From NCBI GenBank assembly GCA_963693365.1, contig CAVNZM010000005.1, forward strand, positions 9,962,334 to 10,026,333: a stretch of DNA of 64,000 nucleotides, written 5' to 3'. Below the pieces are notes generated by a model. It was not told where the DNA came from and made no database searches. It was given only the letters and a program-made list of their open reading frames with translations. Shown here one piece after another: positions 14,193 to 27,263 of the stretch. Positions within the stretch are counted from its first letter, which is position 1. Each line of letters opens with the position of its first letter. Origin of the DNA: Amoebidium appalachense (taxonomy: Eukaryota; Protista; Ichthyosporea). Position numbers and translations under genes: made by a program.

Positions 14193-15081
14193 CCCCCCCC
14201 CCCCCCCTTCCTCCTCCCCCCTCTCTCCCTCCTTCTCCCCCTTTCCTTCTTTACCCATTTTCAATCTTCTCATGCATACGTCATCCCCCGTCCCCTCCCC
14301 CCCCCCCCTGCCACCTCCCTTTCAAGGATGAGAAAATATAAACAAAAAAAAGAAGACAGGAAAAGATTTCAAACATGCACAATGCTTCTGGGAGAAAGAT
14401 TCAAGGTAGCAGATGGTAGTTACATACTTCATGTATTGACTTCTTAATTGGCCCACACGTGCTCACACGGTTAATGATTATATCATCATCAACGGCCACG
14501 AGTTTCCGGTCGTTAATCCATTCACTCCCCCTCCCCCCTCCCCCTCCCGCCCCTTACCCCTTTCCCCGCCGGCTCTGGATGACTTGGCCCCCACCCTGAG
14601 GATGGGCTCTGCTTAATATGCATACTCTAATGTGTGGTTTGCACCCTGCATGGTGTTTTCCGTCATGAATGTGTACGTTGTCCTCTTTCACGCATTCTAA
14701 CCCCTCTCCCCCCCCCTCCCCCCTCTCCCCCCCCCTCCCCGGCCTCCCTTCTCTCCCTCCCCCCCCCCCCCCCCCTCTCCCCCCCCCCCTCCCCCAGCCG
14801 CGGCGTGTGTTGAAGAAGCAGCTGGTCTTGGGGACCTTGTGAAGGGGAGGTTTGAACGTGTGGAGGGTATGTCTCCCTTTGTATGTGTGTTGGGGGGGGA
14901 GGGGGGGGGAGGGGTTGGAGCCCGCGGGGGGGGGGGGGGGGGGGAGGGGGGAGGGAAGAGGGGGGGAGGGGGGGAGAGGGGGGGGGGAGGGGAGAGGGGT
15001 GTTGTTGAAGGTTTCGTGTTCAGGCTACGGGCTATGGAGATCATTCGGAACTTTTGGTGTGTGGGTGGGTGGGTGTGTGTG

Positions 15082-15172
<91 letters not shown>

Positions 15173-15615
15173 TGTGGGCGTTGGTGGTGGGGAGGTACCT
15201 GGGGGGGTAAGAGGGGGGGAGGGAGGGGGAGAGAGGCATCCGTAAATGCATGTGTGCTTGTGATATGGTTGTGTTGCATATTCAATTCGTCTGGGAGAAT
15301 GGGGCAGGGAAGACGTAAACAGTCTGACGGGAATGGGTGAAGTGTGGAGGTGATAAGCACTGTTTGCATATGTGTATATCAGTTTCAGATCACCTGGGTG
15401 CTAGAGTATGTCTCACTGCACCAGCATGTACGATTATTCACACCGGTTCTTGTGACACACACAGACTAAGATGTATGGACGCTTTTCCAGGACACACACA
15501 AATACACAGACAAACATATACACACGCACACACACGTGCGTGCGTGCCCATGCGCGCGCACACACACACGTGCACATGACACACACGAGGTTTCAGCTCT
15601 CCCCTGCCCCTCACC

Positions 15616-15667
<52 letters not shown>

Positions 15668-15940
15668 ACACACTTTCTCTCGTGCCCTCCATCCACATAA
15701 TAAAGAAAATGTGAAAGAATGGAGGGGAAAGGAGGAGCAAAGGAGAGGAAAATCCCCACCTGCGTGTTGTGAAGAGATATTGGGCACACACCTCTTACAA
15801 CCGTGTTTGCTGCAGCATTGATGAGGGAAGTGTGGAAAGAAGAGTTGATGAATGTTGTAAGCGAGGAAGATTTCTTGAAGGTGCACCCCTCTTTATCCCC
15901 CACCCCCCACCCCCTCCCCTCTCCCACCTCTTCAAACACC

Positions 15941-15987
<47 letters not shown>

Positions 15988-16254
15988 CAACACTTGCTCC
16001 CTTTCCTAAGCGCTTCACACACACACACTTGCTCTCTCTCTCTCTGTCTGTCTCCTCCTTCACCCCTCACCCCCTCCTTCTTTTTTCCTCTCTCCTTGCA
16101 TCTCCCTCCCCCCTCCCCAACACACACATACACACACAAACACACACACACACACACCTTCTAAAATCGGTAGATGTGGATGTGTGTGTGCTCTAATGCA
16201 TATTCACATTACCATTATAGATTGTGAATTTGTACCTTATACTCTATACCACAT

Positions 16255-16318
<64 letters not shown>

Positions 16319-16603
16319 ACCACCACCACCACCACCATCACTGTCCTACATGCGGGTATGCGCTGTAATCGTACACTGTATTTCTCTTGTTCTTCATAAC
16401 GTGCTCTGTTCAGGTGTCTCTACGACAAGCACAATTGTGTTTAATTTAGTCTATGTTTCGTGTTTTATGTTTTTCTCTGCCTTTTTCAAGTTTTGTTTTG
16501 CCTTGCTTACAAAATCCGCGCTTCACCTGCTGATGAGTAACCCCCCCCCCCCCCCCCCCCCACCCCCTCTCCTCCTCCTCCCTCCCCCCCCCCCCCCCTC
16601 CCC

Positions 16604-16644
<41 letters not shown>

Positions 16645-17268
16645 GGCGCGAAAAAAAGGAGGGGGGGCCATTGTTGTTTTGTTAGCCTACCTTTCTGTGT
16701 CCACATATCCGCCATAGTCTTATCACAATCCCCTCTGACGTCATGACCACAGCTGGAGACGGTTCGCTGTCGAGACATACAGGCCACCGTGCAGGAGACA
16801 TTTAAGACTTTTGCACAGCTTACCCGATTGATATCTCTCAGGGTATGTGTTGATATCTCTTATGCCAATTCTGATTTCTCAGTCTTAATCCATGTCAGTT
16901 CCGAGTTTACCATTTTCTGGGTTTAGGATTTCAATTTCCGTCTTATATCCTGACAGTCACGTCGAGTAAGATTAAGAAAGAAGCCCCCCCCCCCCCCCCG
17001 GGCCGCCCGCCCACTTGAGAAATAAATAGCCTGCTGTATATTCCTTGTGGTCATAGAGTATGTGTTACCTTGTTATGCCCAATGTGTTACCGATGAAGAG
17101 GGAAGGTTGGGAAAGGTTTCGGAAGGTAGAGAGACGAAATGAAGAGGTCTAGATGGGTCTAGGGGTGGTCGTGAAAGGATACTGGATGGTGTGTGTGGTG
17201 TTTTGGGCGTTGTGTGTGGTGTTTGGGTAGTGATGTGGGTGGATGTGGGTGGATGTGTGTGTGTGTGT

Positions 17269-17311
<43 letters not shown>

Positions 17312-17575
17312 CGCGTCTGTGGCGCGCGCGCAGGCGTGCCTGCCTGCATATTGGAGTGTGTTTGTGTGCGCGCTTTGTATACACATTTCGTCTCCAGCAT
17401 GGACAGTCAAATCAGTGATGTATTGAATCGAAATTCATATTCCAAGTGTTCACACTGATCGCAGTGTCCTCCCCCCCCCCCCCCCCCCCTCCAAACTCGT
17501 ATTCTCGTGTCGTTTTGTGTTTGTCTTTTGACGTCTCCTTCTCCATATTTCCAACCCTCCAACACATACAACCCC

Positions 17576-17627
<52 letters not shown>

Positions 17628-18231
17628 CACACACACACACACACACCCTACAGGACCAGCTACCACCTCTCCGCAAGCAATTTGGCAAAGAGAACCTCGA
17701 CCTACGGTCAGAGCTCCACAAGGTCGGTGCAAACAGTGAAAAAAATACCGGTTGTAGTTGTTGTAAAATACATCCTTGTAACTTGCTTTTATAATTTTCG
17801 GGTGGAAATAAAACCGGAAAACGTTTGTGAGAAAACTCGATTTGTTAGTTGTAAGGTGAAACGAAATCGGAAAACGTGTGTTAGGAAATTCGATTTATGA
17901 GTTTTGGGCTTAAATGAACCCGGAAAACGTGTATGAGGAAACGCGATTGGTTGTGGAGTGAAATAAAACTGGAAAAGGGGTGTGGGGAAACATGGCAACA
18001 GGAAAATGCAAGAGCTCTTATTATACTGTACGTGTCTGTAGTTGACTCTTCAATCTAACTTTAAAGCTCGAGTATAATCACCGCAATTTGTTGGAAAGTG
18101 GATAAGCAGTGTATTTGTCTAGAAGTCATATGTTTCGGTGTTGGGTGGGGCCTTCTGTATGCATGTATGTCTTGGAGCAGTTATCTGTGGTTGGTGGTTG
18201 AATGCTTAGCAATAACATGTGTGTGATCTAA

Positions 18232-18304
<73 letters not shown>

Positions 18305-18596
18305 GACCGAAAAAAGAACAGAAAAGAAAAAGGTTTTGAGGTCTAATTCGGGTTTCTTTACAGGAGTTGTTGGCAGAAGTGGTCAACGTTGCATCCCAAA
18401 GCACCGACAAACAGAGAATGGACGGACTTGCAGAGGTGTGTGTGTGTGTGTACGTGTGTACGTGTGTGTGTGTGTGTTTAAGTGTGTATGTGTGTGCATG
18501 TGTGTGTATGTGTGTATGTGTGAGGGTGGGTGCGTGGGTGCCTGTGCCTGTACCTGTACCTGTACCTGTGCTGTGTGTGTGTGTGTGTGTATGTGT

Positions 18597-18677
<81 letters not shown>

Positions 18678-19695
18678 CCTGTATTTGTGCCCGTGACCAC
18701 TTTATACTGCATGCAATGTAACACATTCTAACCCTCCTCCCCCTCCCCCCGCGTCACCCCGCCTACCCTTATCCCTCCTCCTACCATCACAAATATGCAC
18801 ATGTGCCTACGAAATTATTACACACCGACACACCCACACAAGCCCACGTGCACTCCCACACCCCATCTCCTCCTTTCTTTGGCCACCCTCCTCCTCTACT
18901 CCCTCCGTCTTTTGTTCCGTCTATTTCCCTTTTGCCTTCGCTCAGATGGAGAAATGGCGAGAAATCGTGTCGGAACTAAGAAGAGAGCAATGGGATACGG
19001 CTGGTGAGTCCCCCCTCCCCCCTCCCCCCCCCTCCGAGTGGACTCGCCTATTGCTGTTGAAACAAAGTATGGGTTGGGAACCACGCGCGAGAGGTTTAAA
19101 GAGTCAAAACCCATGCTTTGTGGAGGCATACGAACCCCCCTGATGATGGGCTCTGTTCAAGTGTCTTCTGCCTGCACGCTTGATTGTTTTGATTTTGGAT
19201 TTCCCACGTTTGTGACGTTTTGTTGTTGCTCTTTGTTGTCTCCTCCATATTTCCAACCCTCTAACGCATGCATCCACCCCCCCCCCCCCCCCCCCCCCCT
19301 CCTTTTCCTCTCTCACTCTTCCCCCCCCCCCCCCCCCCCCCCCCCCCTCCCCCCCCGGATGCTCCTTTCTACTCACTCTTCCGCCCCCTCGTCCCCTTTA
19401 ATGCCTCTTCGCCATTTTGTTGTCCGAACGGAGGAGTAGCGTTTAAGATGCAACGGACACGGTAGATGATGGACAGACCCAACATATATATATGTGTAAT
19501 CTGTGATGTGTGTCGGTGTTCATGGCAAACTCGCTTGCAACACAGGCACACTTGTACGTGTTGCCCTGTGTGTGTGCCTATGTTTGAACAAACACTCACA
19601 CGGGTATGGGTTTGAGCAAAAACTCTCACGGATATGCTTTAGTGTTTTTTTGTCTTGTTTGTGCACACACACAAGACAGAGAGAGAGGATGGTCG

Positions 19696-19742
<47 letters not shown>

Positions 19743-20292
19743 GATAGAGAGGCAGAGGAGAGAAAGAGAGGGAGGGAGGGAGGGAGGGGGGGGGGGGGGG
19801 AGAGAGAGAGAGAAGGAGAGAGAGAGCGGAGAGCGGAGAGGTGATAGAGAGAGAGAGAGGGAAACATATTAGAAAATTGATACTTTGGTAAGGGATTTAG
19901 AGAGAGAGAGAGAAGGAGAGAGAGAGCGGAGAGGGGAGAGGTGATAGAGAGAGAGAGAGGGAAACATATTAGAAAATTGATACTTTGGTAAGGGATTTAC
20001 ACAGTGAATGTCGACTACATGCTTTTACCTGACGAATTCACATTACATCTCACCTTTTCCTGTATTCTCGCTACGCACACCGCCACTTCACGGCATAGAT
20101 ATACTCACGCCATACCCCGCCGAATCATATGACGTTGTCTGTTAATCACTTATGTGTTGTGCAGTGTTTGTGCGGTCGCTAAACGAGCAATGCTCTAAAC
20201 TGCGCCATATAAGCGAGGAGATGAGAAGGAAGCATCGCGAGGATCGGGTGAGTACAAACTGTCAAGAAAGTTGTCTGTTGCTTTTTACTCCC

Positions 20293-20324
<32 letters not shown>

Positions 20325-20477
20325 AAAAAAAAAAAAGAAAAAAAAAAGAAGGAAAAAAAAAAAAAAAAAGAAAAGAGAAATGAAAACAAAGATATGAAAA
20401 GATATGATAAGGTAATATGAACTAAAACGGCCACACCCCCTCAGCCCGCCCAGGGGGTGGGGGGGTGGGGGTTCACT

Positions 20478-20527
<50 letters not shown>

Positions 20528-20746
20528 ATTTTCTACATCTGATGGACACTCGTGGTGTGTGCCTTGCTTTCTGCTTTGTGTGGTCCGTCGTAAATGTGTA
20601 CTTTGCACTCGATGCTTCATTCTAAACATCCCTCTCCACCCTTCTGGCCCTTCACACTTTCTGGCATGGTTTGCTCGGCCCATCTATAAATCAATCTATC
20701 CACCTTCTCTGACACACACACCTGGGTGCCCATCCCACACATACAC

Positions 20747-20780
<34 letters not shown>

Positions 20781-20799
20781 CCTCACCCCCGCCCCACGC

Positions 20800-20887
<88 letters not shown>

Positions 20888-21063
20888 TGATGGGGTGGCT
20901 CACCCACGTGTCCAGCCCCACCCGTCCCACCTCTGGCCGGCCGCGGTCACCGACTGTTGGGGCGCAACGGGCACGGTCACCCACCGTGTCCTCCTCCCCC
21001 CACATCCGTGTGCCTGTCTTCAGAACTACCTCGGACCTGGGAAACCGCCTGGAGTGTGTGCCC

Positions 21064-21152
<89 letters not shown>

Positions 21153-22023
21153 GGAGGGGGGGGGGTGGGAAAGAGGGGGTGTTAGAGGTGCTGGTTTACA
21201 CCTGCTTCCCTTGCCCCTTTTCCCTAATCACCTCCACCAACACCACAACTACCAACACATACAGACACCCACACATGCCCAGCCCCTTCCCCCTTCTCCC
21301 CCCCCCCCTCCCCCCCCCAAAAAAAAAAAAAGATGAATGAGGTGTGCACTGATAGAGACGGGAACCTACGTGACGTTGCATCTACCCACAGGTTAAGTTT
21401 TTCAACGCATATCTCACTTATGTCCAATTAATTTAACCGTTTTTCTTATGCACAGCACTCAGTTTCCGCCAACTAGTATATCTTACCCGCTTCCCGTCAT
21501 CATTACTTCCAATTTCAACCCACACATCTACGAACCCATCATGTATCCCTCAATACACCACATTACCTTGATCACCCTGTTATGATATATCCACATTCCT
21601 CTGTATATTTCTCTCATTATCTCCTCATCGCGAAACGACTATAGATATTTTCACGTCCTCCATGTCTCTCTCGCAAAACCTCCTCTTTACAAGTCTATTA
21701 TAAACACATCCACACTCCTCCGTATATCTCCCGAAAATTTCTCCTCTTCACAATAATACACCAGCACTTCACTTCTTTTTTTTAAATTTTTTTTTTTCTT
21801 TATTATTATTCAGGCTCTCAATGTCAAAAATTTGTTGAGATATATCTCTCTCATATCCCCAAATTTCACCTGCAGTTCCCGTTTGAGCCGCGAAGACTCC
21901 CGTGTCTCTGCAGTGAATCCTCCCCTCCGTCAGCGATTACCCATGGCCATCCAAGTCAACCCACCCCCTATGGTCGATGTAGACCCTGGAACCCCCCCTA
22001 CCGCAAAACAAATTTCGGATTGA
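8805..22023 (+). CDS. Actin-interacting protein 3 (AIP3/Bud6; SRCIN1/KIAA1217-like) family protein, ~16 exons: 8805-8865, 9516-9818, 10465-10660, 11515-11639, 12387-12446, 12942-12970, 13217(or 13238)-13346, 14798-14866, 15816-15880, 16753-16842, 17654-17722, 18364-18435, 18946-19003, 20165-20247, 20887-21053, 21876-22023
   Basis: GT-AG exons with consistent phases. Motifs match the AIP3 family in order: LYIQD...[59 protein letters not shown]...RMDGLAEMEK. The first exon and the 12.4-13.2 kb exons are less certain. Confidence 0.8.
12950..13230 (+). repeat. Degenerate ~57-bp tandem repeat (~5 units) made of exon end + donor + intron start
   Basis: Recurring atgca(g/a)ctgcgtgc(c/a)tacc...taacca.tca..tctcctcttaccata.atggtca. 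Confidence 0.8.
13315..13822 (+). repeat. Three degenerate downstream copies of the last ~32 nt of the exon plus its donor site (period ~150 bp, poly-C spacers)
   Basis: attacagcccctggaagtggttctggctcatg|gtaa at 13315; copies at ~13461, ~13613 and ~13789. Confidence 0.8.
14576..14703 (+). mobile_element. 5'-truncated copy of structured intronic repeat, family A
   Basis: tggatgacttggccc..ccctgaggatgggctctgctta...cgcattctaacccc matches the copies at 52.4, 58.2, 60.3 and 62-63 kb. Confidence 0.8.
17800..17995. repeat. Degenerate ~53-bp minisatellite (~4 units)
   Basis: Recurring gtgaaa..aa.ccggaaaacgtgt.tgaggaaac.cgatt. Confidence 0.7.
19099..19280 (+). mobile_element. Intronic repeat family B (shares the cccctga.gatgggctctg core with family A)
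   Basis: Near-identical to 54028-54210. Degenerate relatives at ~61610-61720 and a tail-only copy at ~17498-17575. Ends in poly-C. Confidence 0.8.
19800..19999. repeat. ~99-bp direct tandem duplication
   Basis: (ga)n...ggaaacatattagaaaattgatactttggtaagggattta occurs twice. Confidence 0.85.
21585..21770. repeat. Degenerate ~60-bp tandem repeat (~3 units)
   Basis: Recurring atatccaca.tcctc.gtatat.tctc...ctcctc. Confidence 0.55.
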
Positions 22024-23031
22024 CCCCCCCCCCCCTCCCTACACACACACATACATACATACACTCTCACTCACGCGCATGCACACACACACACACATGC
22101 ACACACATGCACATGCACACACACACCTCATTCACGTACAAAATGTTACCCACACACCTGCATGTGCACAAAAATGCACTAGTACTCGCACACGGAAAAT
22201 ACAAGCCCGTTATAGAGTGGCGTCATGTACGCAGCCCACTATAGTGTTAGAGTCTGTAAATATTGATTGGAAAATGTGAAACTTGAATGTGCTAATGTAG
22301 GTAAGAATTAGGTTGGTGTAGATTGATTATTGGCTTATGGATGAATAGTACCTGGCATGAACGTTGCGGTAGTGAGATTATCCATTTATAGTCATATAAC
22401 CTTTAATGGAAAAATAGATGTTTATAGTGATTAGACCGTGATTTGGTGGAGAAAGTAGATGAGTATGCATCAGTGTACATACTATTCTTATACGGATTTT
22501 GTGGTGGTGGCGAATATCTCTGGTTGTTTTCTGTTCATATATAGTTGGCATGAAACTGTTCGTTATGTTTCATTGGGCAACATTGAATGATCGATATATT
22601 GCGCGCCCTATAGTGCAAAAAACAGCGATTATCACAGTTGTACCTGTTCAATGCTTGATAATTGTTTTTTATTTGGTAGTATCAAAGACCTGTATGTTTG
22701 TTGTTCGTTCAGTGCCGCAATAAAGTTTCCTTGTGCGGCTCCATATGCATATTGATCTAACATTAAGCAACGTCACAATAAAAATCTGCAGGCCAGTAAA
22801 GACTTGCGGATGCGGTTTATAGAGTGAATGGGTTTGCACACAATTTATTGCTGTGGACACTGCCTGGCGCCCAGAAGCGGCACCAGTTCCTATTACATAT
22901 TATGGATTATATACATGTTGAGTTGTGCGTGCACAGAGGTCCCAACATTTGCTTTATATGCCATATATCTGCTCTCTGGCACCGGTTCAAATCGACATAT
23001 CTTCAAAAAGGGGACCAATCTATATAAAAGG

Positions 23032-23091
<60 letters not shown>

Positions 23092-23308
23092 ACACACACG
23101 TGCGCGTACACACGTCTGTACATGTTCTTCTTCTTCTCGTGCCGCGGTTTCTTCCTCGTGAGCTTTGCACTGATATTCTGATAACTTTTTCCATTAGCCT
23201 ACATGTCATTGCAGCATATTCCTTTCAAGCCATTGCTTGAAGCATCACCGCGGCCCGCGCACATTTTTGTTTAAGTGTTGCTGCTGGATGTGGTCCACTG
23301 GTCACCAT

Positions 23309-23743
23309 CAGGGCTGCTAATTACGGCTGGCTGGCTAGCCGGCTAGCCAGCCGGCTTCCCTTCTCGGCTGCGCCAGCCGAAATCGTCCCGAAAAGCGGCT
23401 CGGCTGGAGCCCCCCTAAAAAACCCCCCAAACTTCGCCCCCGCCAATCGCCTCCACAAAAGTAAACCAATCACAGAAAGCCTAAATAACCACCCAAACGA
23501 TTCTTATGAATTGATTGGCGAAATTCCCTCAATTTGGGAAGAGTTATCCCTGTAGCCGCTTACAGCATACTGGCATATTTTCTTGCTCCGCCGCATCATT
23601 TTAAACATTAATATGAAGCATTTTATAATATATTAATTATTGTTTAAATGTTTTAAATTTTAATATTCCAGCCAGTCGGGCCGGCTCAGCCAGGTGCGAT
23701 CGTACGGCTGGCAGCTACAATTTATTTAAACAGCCCATCCCAG
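23309..23743. mobile_element. Putative non-autonomous hAT-like MITE (~435 bp)
   Basis: 8-bp direct repeat GTCACCAT at 23301-23308 and 23744-23751. Left end CAGGGCTG, imperfect right end CAGCCC..CAG. Many subterminal GGCTG/CAGCC motifs around an AT-rich core. Confidence 0.6.
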
Positions 23744-24119
23744 GTCACCATGCACAAAAACAGTCCGTTGAAATACCTACTCTTCAATGAGGTGACGTCA
23801 CAAAGCTGGAAGCGAGATTTGAATTGGCCAACCTTCGAAACCAAAATTCTTGGAGTAATCCCAAACACATCCAATCATCTATTAGGATCTTGAAACTATG
23901 CCTGACCTTTAGATACATACATAAACAGCAAATTGAGGTCATGATGAGGTCATTCATGCAGTCACAACGCTATCTACTGTCTGGCCAACTGCGGCGCTGA
24001 TCATCTCAAACACCTTCACACAAAGAGAACTCAAGGGTTCAACTCAGGGCAACTTATTTAATACCGCAAACATGGCCAAGGGAGAGTACACATGCACTGC
24101 GGGCTCAGTTGTGGCCACC

Positions 24120-25323
24120 ATGCGGCGACCGTGTGCAGCCACGGCTGCCACCACTCTGCTGCTGCTGCCCAGCACGCTGGCCTGCAGCGAGCTCAAGCTG
24201 CGCTACGCCACGGTGCAGAACTACCACGTGTCGGCCCGCACCATGGACTGGGGCGCCCCGGACTTCAACAGCTACATCAACGTCGTGCCCCGCGGCACCC
24301 CCACGCAGCTCGTGCCGGTCAAGGGCTGCGACTGGTGCAACAGCACGCCAGCCATCAGCACCGTGCACGGCTACGTCTTCCTCGATGGTTTGCGCAATCC
24401 CACGGCCTCCCTGGACGGCCTCCATGGTGCTGCTGGACGCGACCACATACCCGCAGCCGCTGCAGACTGACCCGCGGCCCGTGCTAGGCTCGTACAGCCT
24501 GGTGCGGTACATGCTGGCCGTGTGCGACACCGTGGCCTGCGTGCGCCGACAGTTTGAGACCCACCAGATTGCCGAGGGCCACCTGCCCGAGCTGGACATC
24601 TTTGCCTCCCGCGGCGGCCGGCTGGGGGGCCACCTGCAGTTCCACGACACGGCCGGCCAGTCGCTGGTGGTGGGGTTCATCGGCACGCAGACCGCCACCC
24701 TGGCGCCCGAGTGCTTTAAATTTGCCTCGGCCGACCCCATCCACAGCAGGGCCCATGAGGTTGGGGCGCGGGTGTGCCTGTACGACAGCCGCAACGTCAT
24801 GACCATGACCAACGACCCCACGTGGGAGGGCATGCGCGCGGAGCTGCGGGCACGGCTCAACGGCACCGACTATGAGGATGTGGCGGTGGTGTCCAACGCC
24901 ACGCTCGAGGCGGCCATGCACGGGGCCGGCAGCTACTCGTCCAAGGACCGGCTGGTGCAGATGGCCATCCTGCAGGAGAGTGCCGTGCGCAGCGGGGGGG
25001 CCTGGGCCGGGGCACTGGGGCCCCACCTGCCGTCGTACGTGTCCAGCGACCGGGCAGTGGACCACGTGAGCGCGGCCACGGCCATGATTGGGCGCGTGTC
25101 GCTGGCCAAGGGCGCCGACGACTGGACCACGGCCTGGACCGTTGTGCGCGACCACAGCGCCCGGCGGCTGTACTTCTCCACGCCGGCCGTGCGCAACCTG
25201 CAGATGGTCGACCTCACAAAGCTGCGCCTGCACGACCCCACCGCACCACGCCTGGCCATCCCCATGGCCTTCCACACCGGCCGACAATACAATGACATCA
25301 CACAGGCACTGTTTGGGCAATAA
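24120..25323 (+). pseudogene. Choloylglycine hydrolase / penicillin V acylase family Ntn-hydrolase (peptidase C59), intronless, one frameshift near 24402-24427
   Basis: GCCACCATG at 24120 starts a signal-peptide-like MRRPCAATAATTLLLLPSTLA, followed by the nucleophile Cys (24183), SARTMDW and HGYV. After the frame change come TASMVLL..TYP, MTNDP, SKDRLV and TAWTVVRD...LYF. Codons end almost entirely in G/C. The frameshift could be an assembly error. Confidence 0.85.
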
Positions 25324-25813
25324 TATATATTTATCTGCAAGTTTCAGTTTCCCAATTTAGTAGTTACTGTAGACCTGAGACAAGAACTTAGCTAAAGCGT
25401 GGCCAATTTTTCAATGAGTTTTTATGATATGAGTTAAACGAATAAGGAATTCTAAGGTTTGAGCAGTTGTGATACGGGAATCCCACCATAATGTTAGTTA
25501 CGAGAAAAAGGCTATATACTACGCCAACGGTAACATTAACTGTTACAGGAACCATTGCTTTTGTATGGGGGAAGAATAAAACTAAATTGAAACCTAGTAA
25601 ATTTCTAGTGAATCAGATAGCACCAAAAGTACTCTTGAAGTCATAAGACCGTGACATGACTTAATAAATTGTAATTAAGACTTAACAAATTAATGTGTAA
25701 ACATGACGTTCACAACATTTGTGAACTTCTTGATTTAAAAAGGTTGCAGCTGTGACGTGTATGACAAAGGGCCGAATGAAAAGAGTGAATTCTAGCTTAG
25801 CGGTGTGGCCTTT

Positions 25814-25844
<31 letters not shown>

Positions 25845-26045
25845 GGGGGACCGGAGGAGGGCAGTGTCGCGGAGGGTGGCCCGGGGGGGGGGGGGGGGTG
25901 GATGGGTGGGGGGGGTTGTTGTTGAGAAAGAGGGGGCCGGGGAAAGGGGGGAGGGGGGGGAGGGGAAGGGATAGCCCAAACGATTTCTGCAAAACTCACA
26001 ACACAACACATTGTCACAAAAAGGCTACCAAACTGTATCGGCTTG

Positions 26046-26108
<63 letters not shown>

Positions 26109-26625
26109 ACTAAGGCCTCTTGAATTGAATCACTCTTGAGTCATTAGATCTCTGTGAATCACTCTTGAGTCATTAGATCTCTCTCATTCATGTCTTCCAA
26201 CGGTCATATTTCATTTTAAATGATAAACTGAGTTTTTACCATTTTGATAAAAAGTTACCCATCGACCCACCCACCCACCCAGTGGCACACGCGCCTGCAC
26301 ACACAAGCGCACACGCACGCATGCGCACACACACAAACACACACACACACACACACACAGTGCGCACACATATACACACACATACACAGTGTGTGTGTAC
26401 GCACACACGCGCATCCACAGGTATGCACGCACGCACACACACACATTTGCACACACACACCGTGACACACACACACGCACACACACACATTCTCAAACAA
26501 ACCCCCCCTCCCCCCTCCCCACCTCCCCCCCCCCCCCCCCACACACACACACACACACATTGTCAAACCATCCGCCCCCCCCCCCTCCCCCCTCCCCCCC
26601 CCTCCCCCCCCCCCTCCCCCCCCCC

Positions 26626-26656
<31 letters not shown>

Positions 26657-27000
26657 ACACACGTACAATGTGTGCCCATGCCCGCATGCACGCACCCACG
26701 CACGCCTGCAGTACCCACGTACGTACACACACACGGTGGTAAGGCAATAATAGCTGTCAGTTCATTGTTAGTCAGATTATACGTGGGATTTTGGGCCCCA
26801 CAGGCCTGAGTGTGATATTGACGAGCTCAGCTGCCTTTTATTTTGTTGAGCTAAGTATGTTACCTTGTGATTGAGATATTCTTGTTTTGCATTCTTGTTT
26901 TGTAAACATATTCCGCCAGTCGTTCCGCTTTCATCAAGCCCTTGATCAGGCAGATCTTCCTGTCCGTAAGCTTTGAAAGCAAGTGACAACCAAAACACCG

Positions 27001-27263
27001 GCAGTGGACCACGCGAGCGCGGCCACGGCCATGATTGGGCGCGTGTCGCTGGCCAAGCGCGCCGACGACTGGACCACAGCCTGGACCGTTGTGCGCGACC
27101 ACAGCGCCCAGCGGCTGTACTTCTCCATGCCGGCCGTGCGCAACCTGCAGATGGTCGACCTCACAAAGCTGCGCCTGCACGACCCCCACCGCCCCACGCC
27201 TGGCCATCCCCATGGCCTTCCACACCGGCCAACAATACAATGACGTCACACACGCACTGTTTG
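27001..27263 (+). pseudogene. Partial duplicate of the 3' end of the Ntn-hydrolase gene
   Basis: Near-identical to 25054-25315 with a few substitutions and one extra C (frameshift). Confidence 0.9.

Noticed and set aside
14690-14703. Telomeric or telomerase-template sequence (ctaaccc)
   Set aside because: Single units running into poly-C, and variable between copies
24105-25340. Long antisense ORFs over the hydrolase gene, and + strand ORFs over the zinc-finger gene
   Set aside because: Shadow frames caused by biased codon usage on the coding strand
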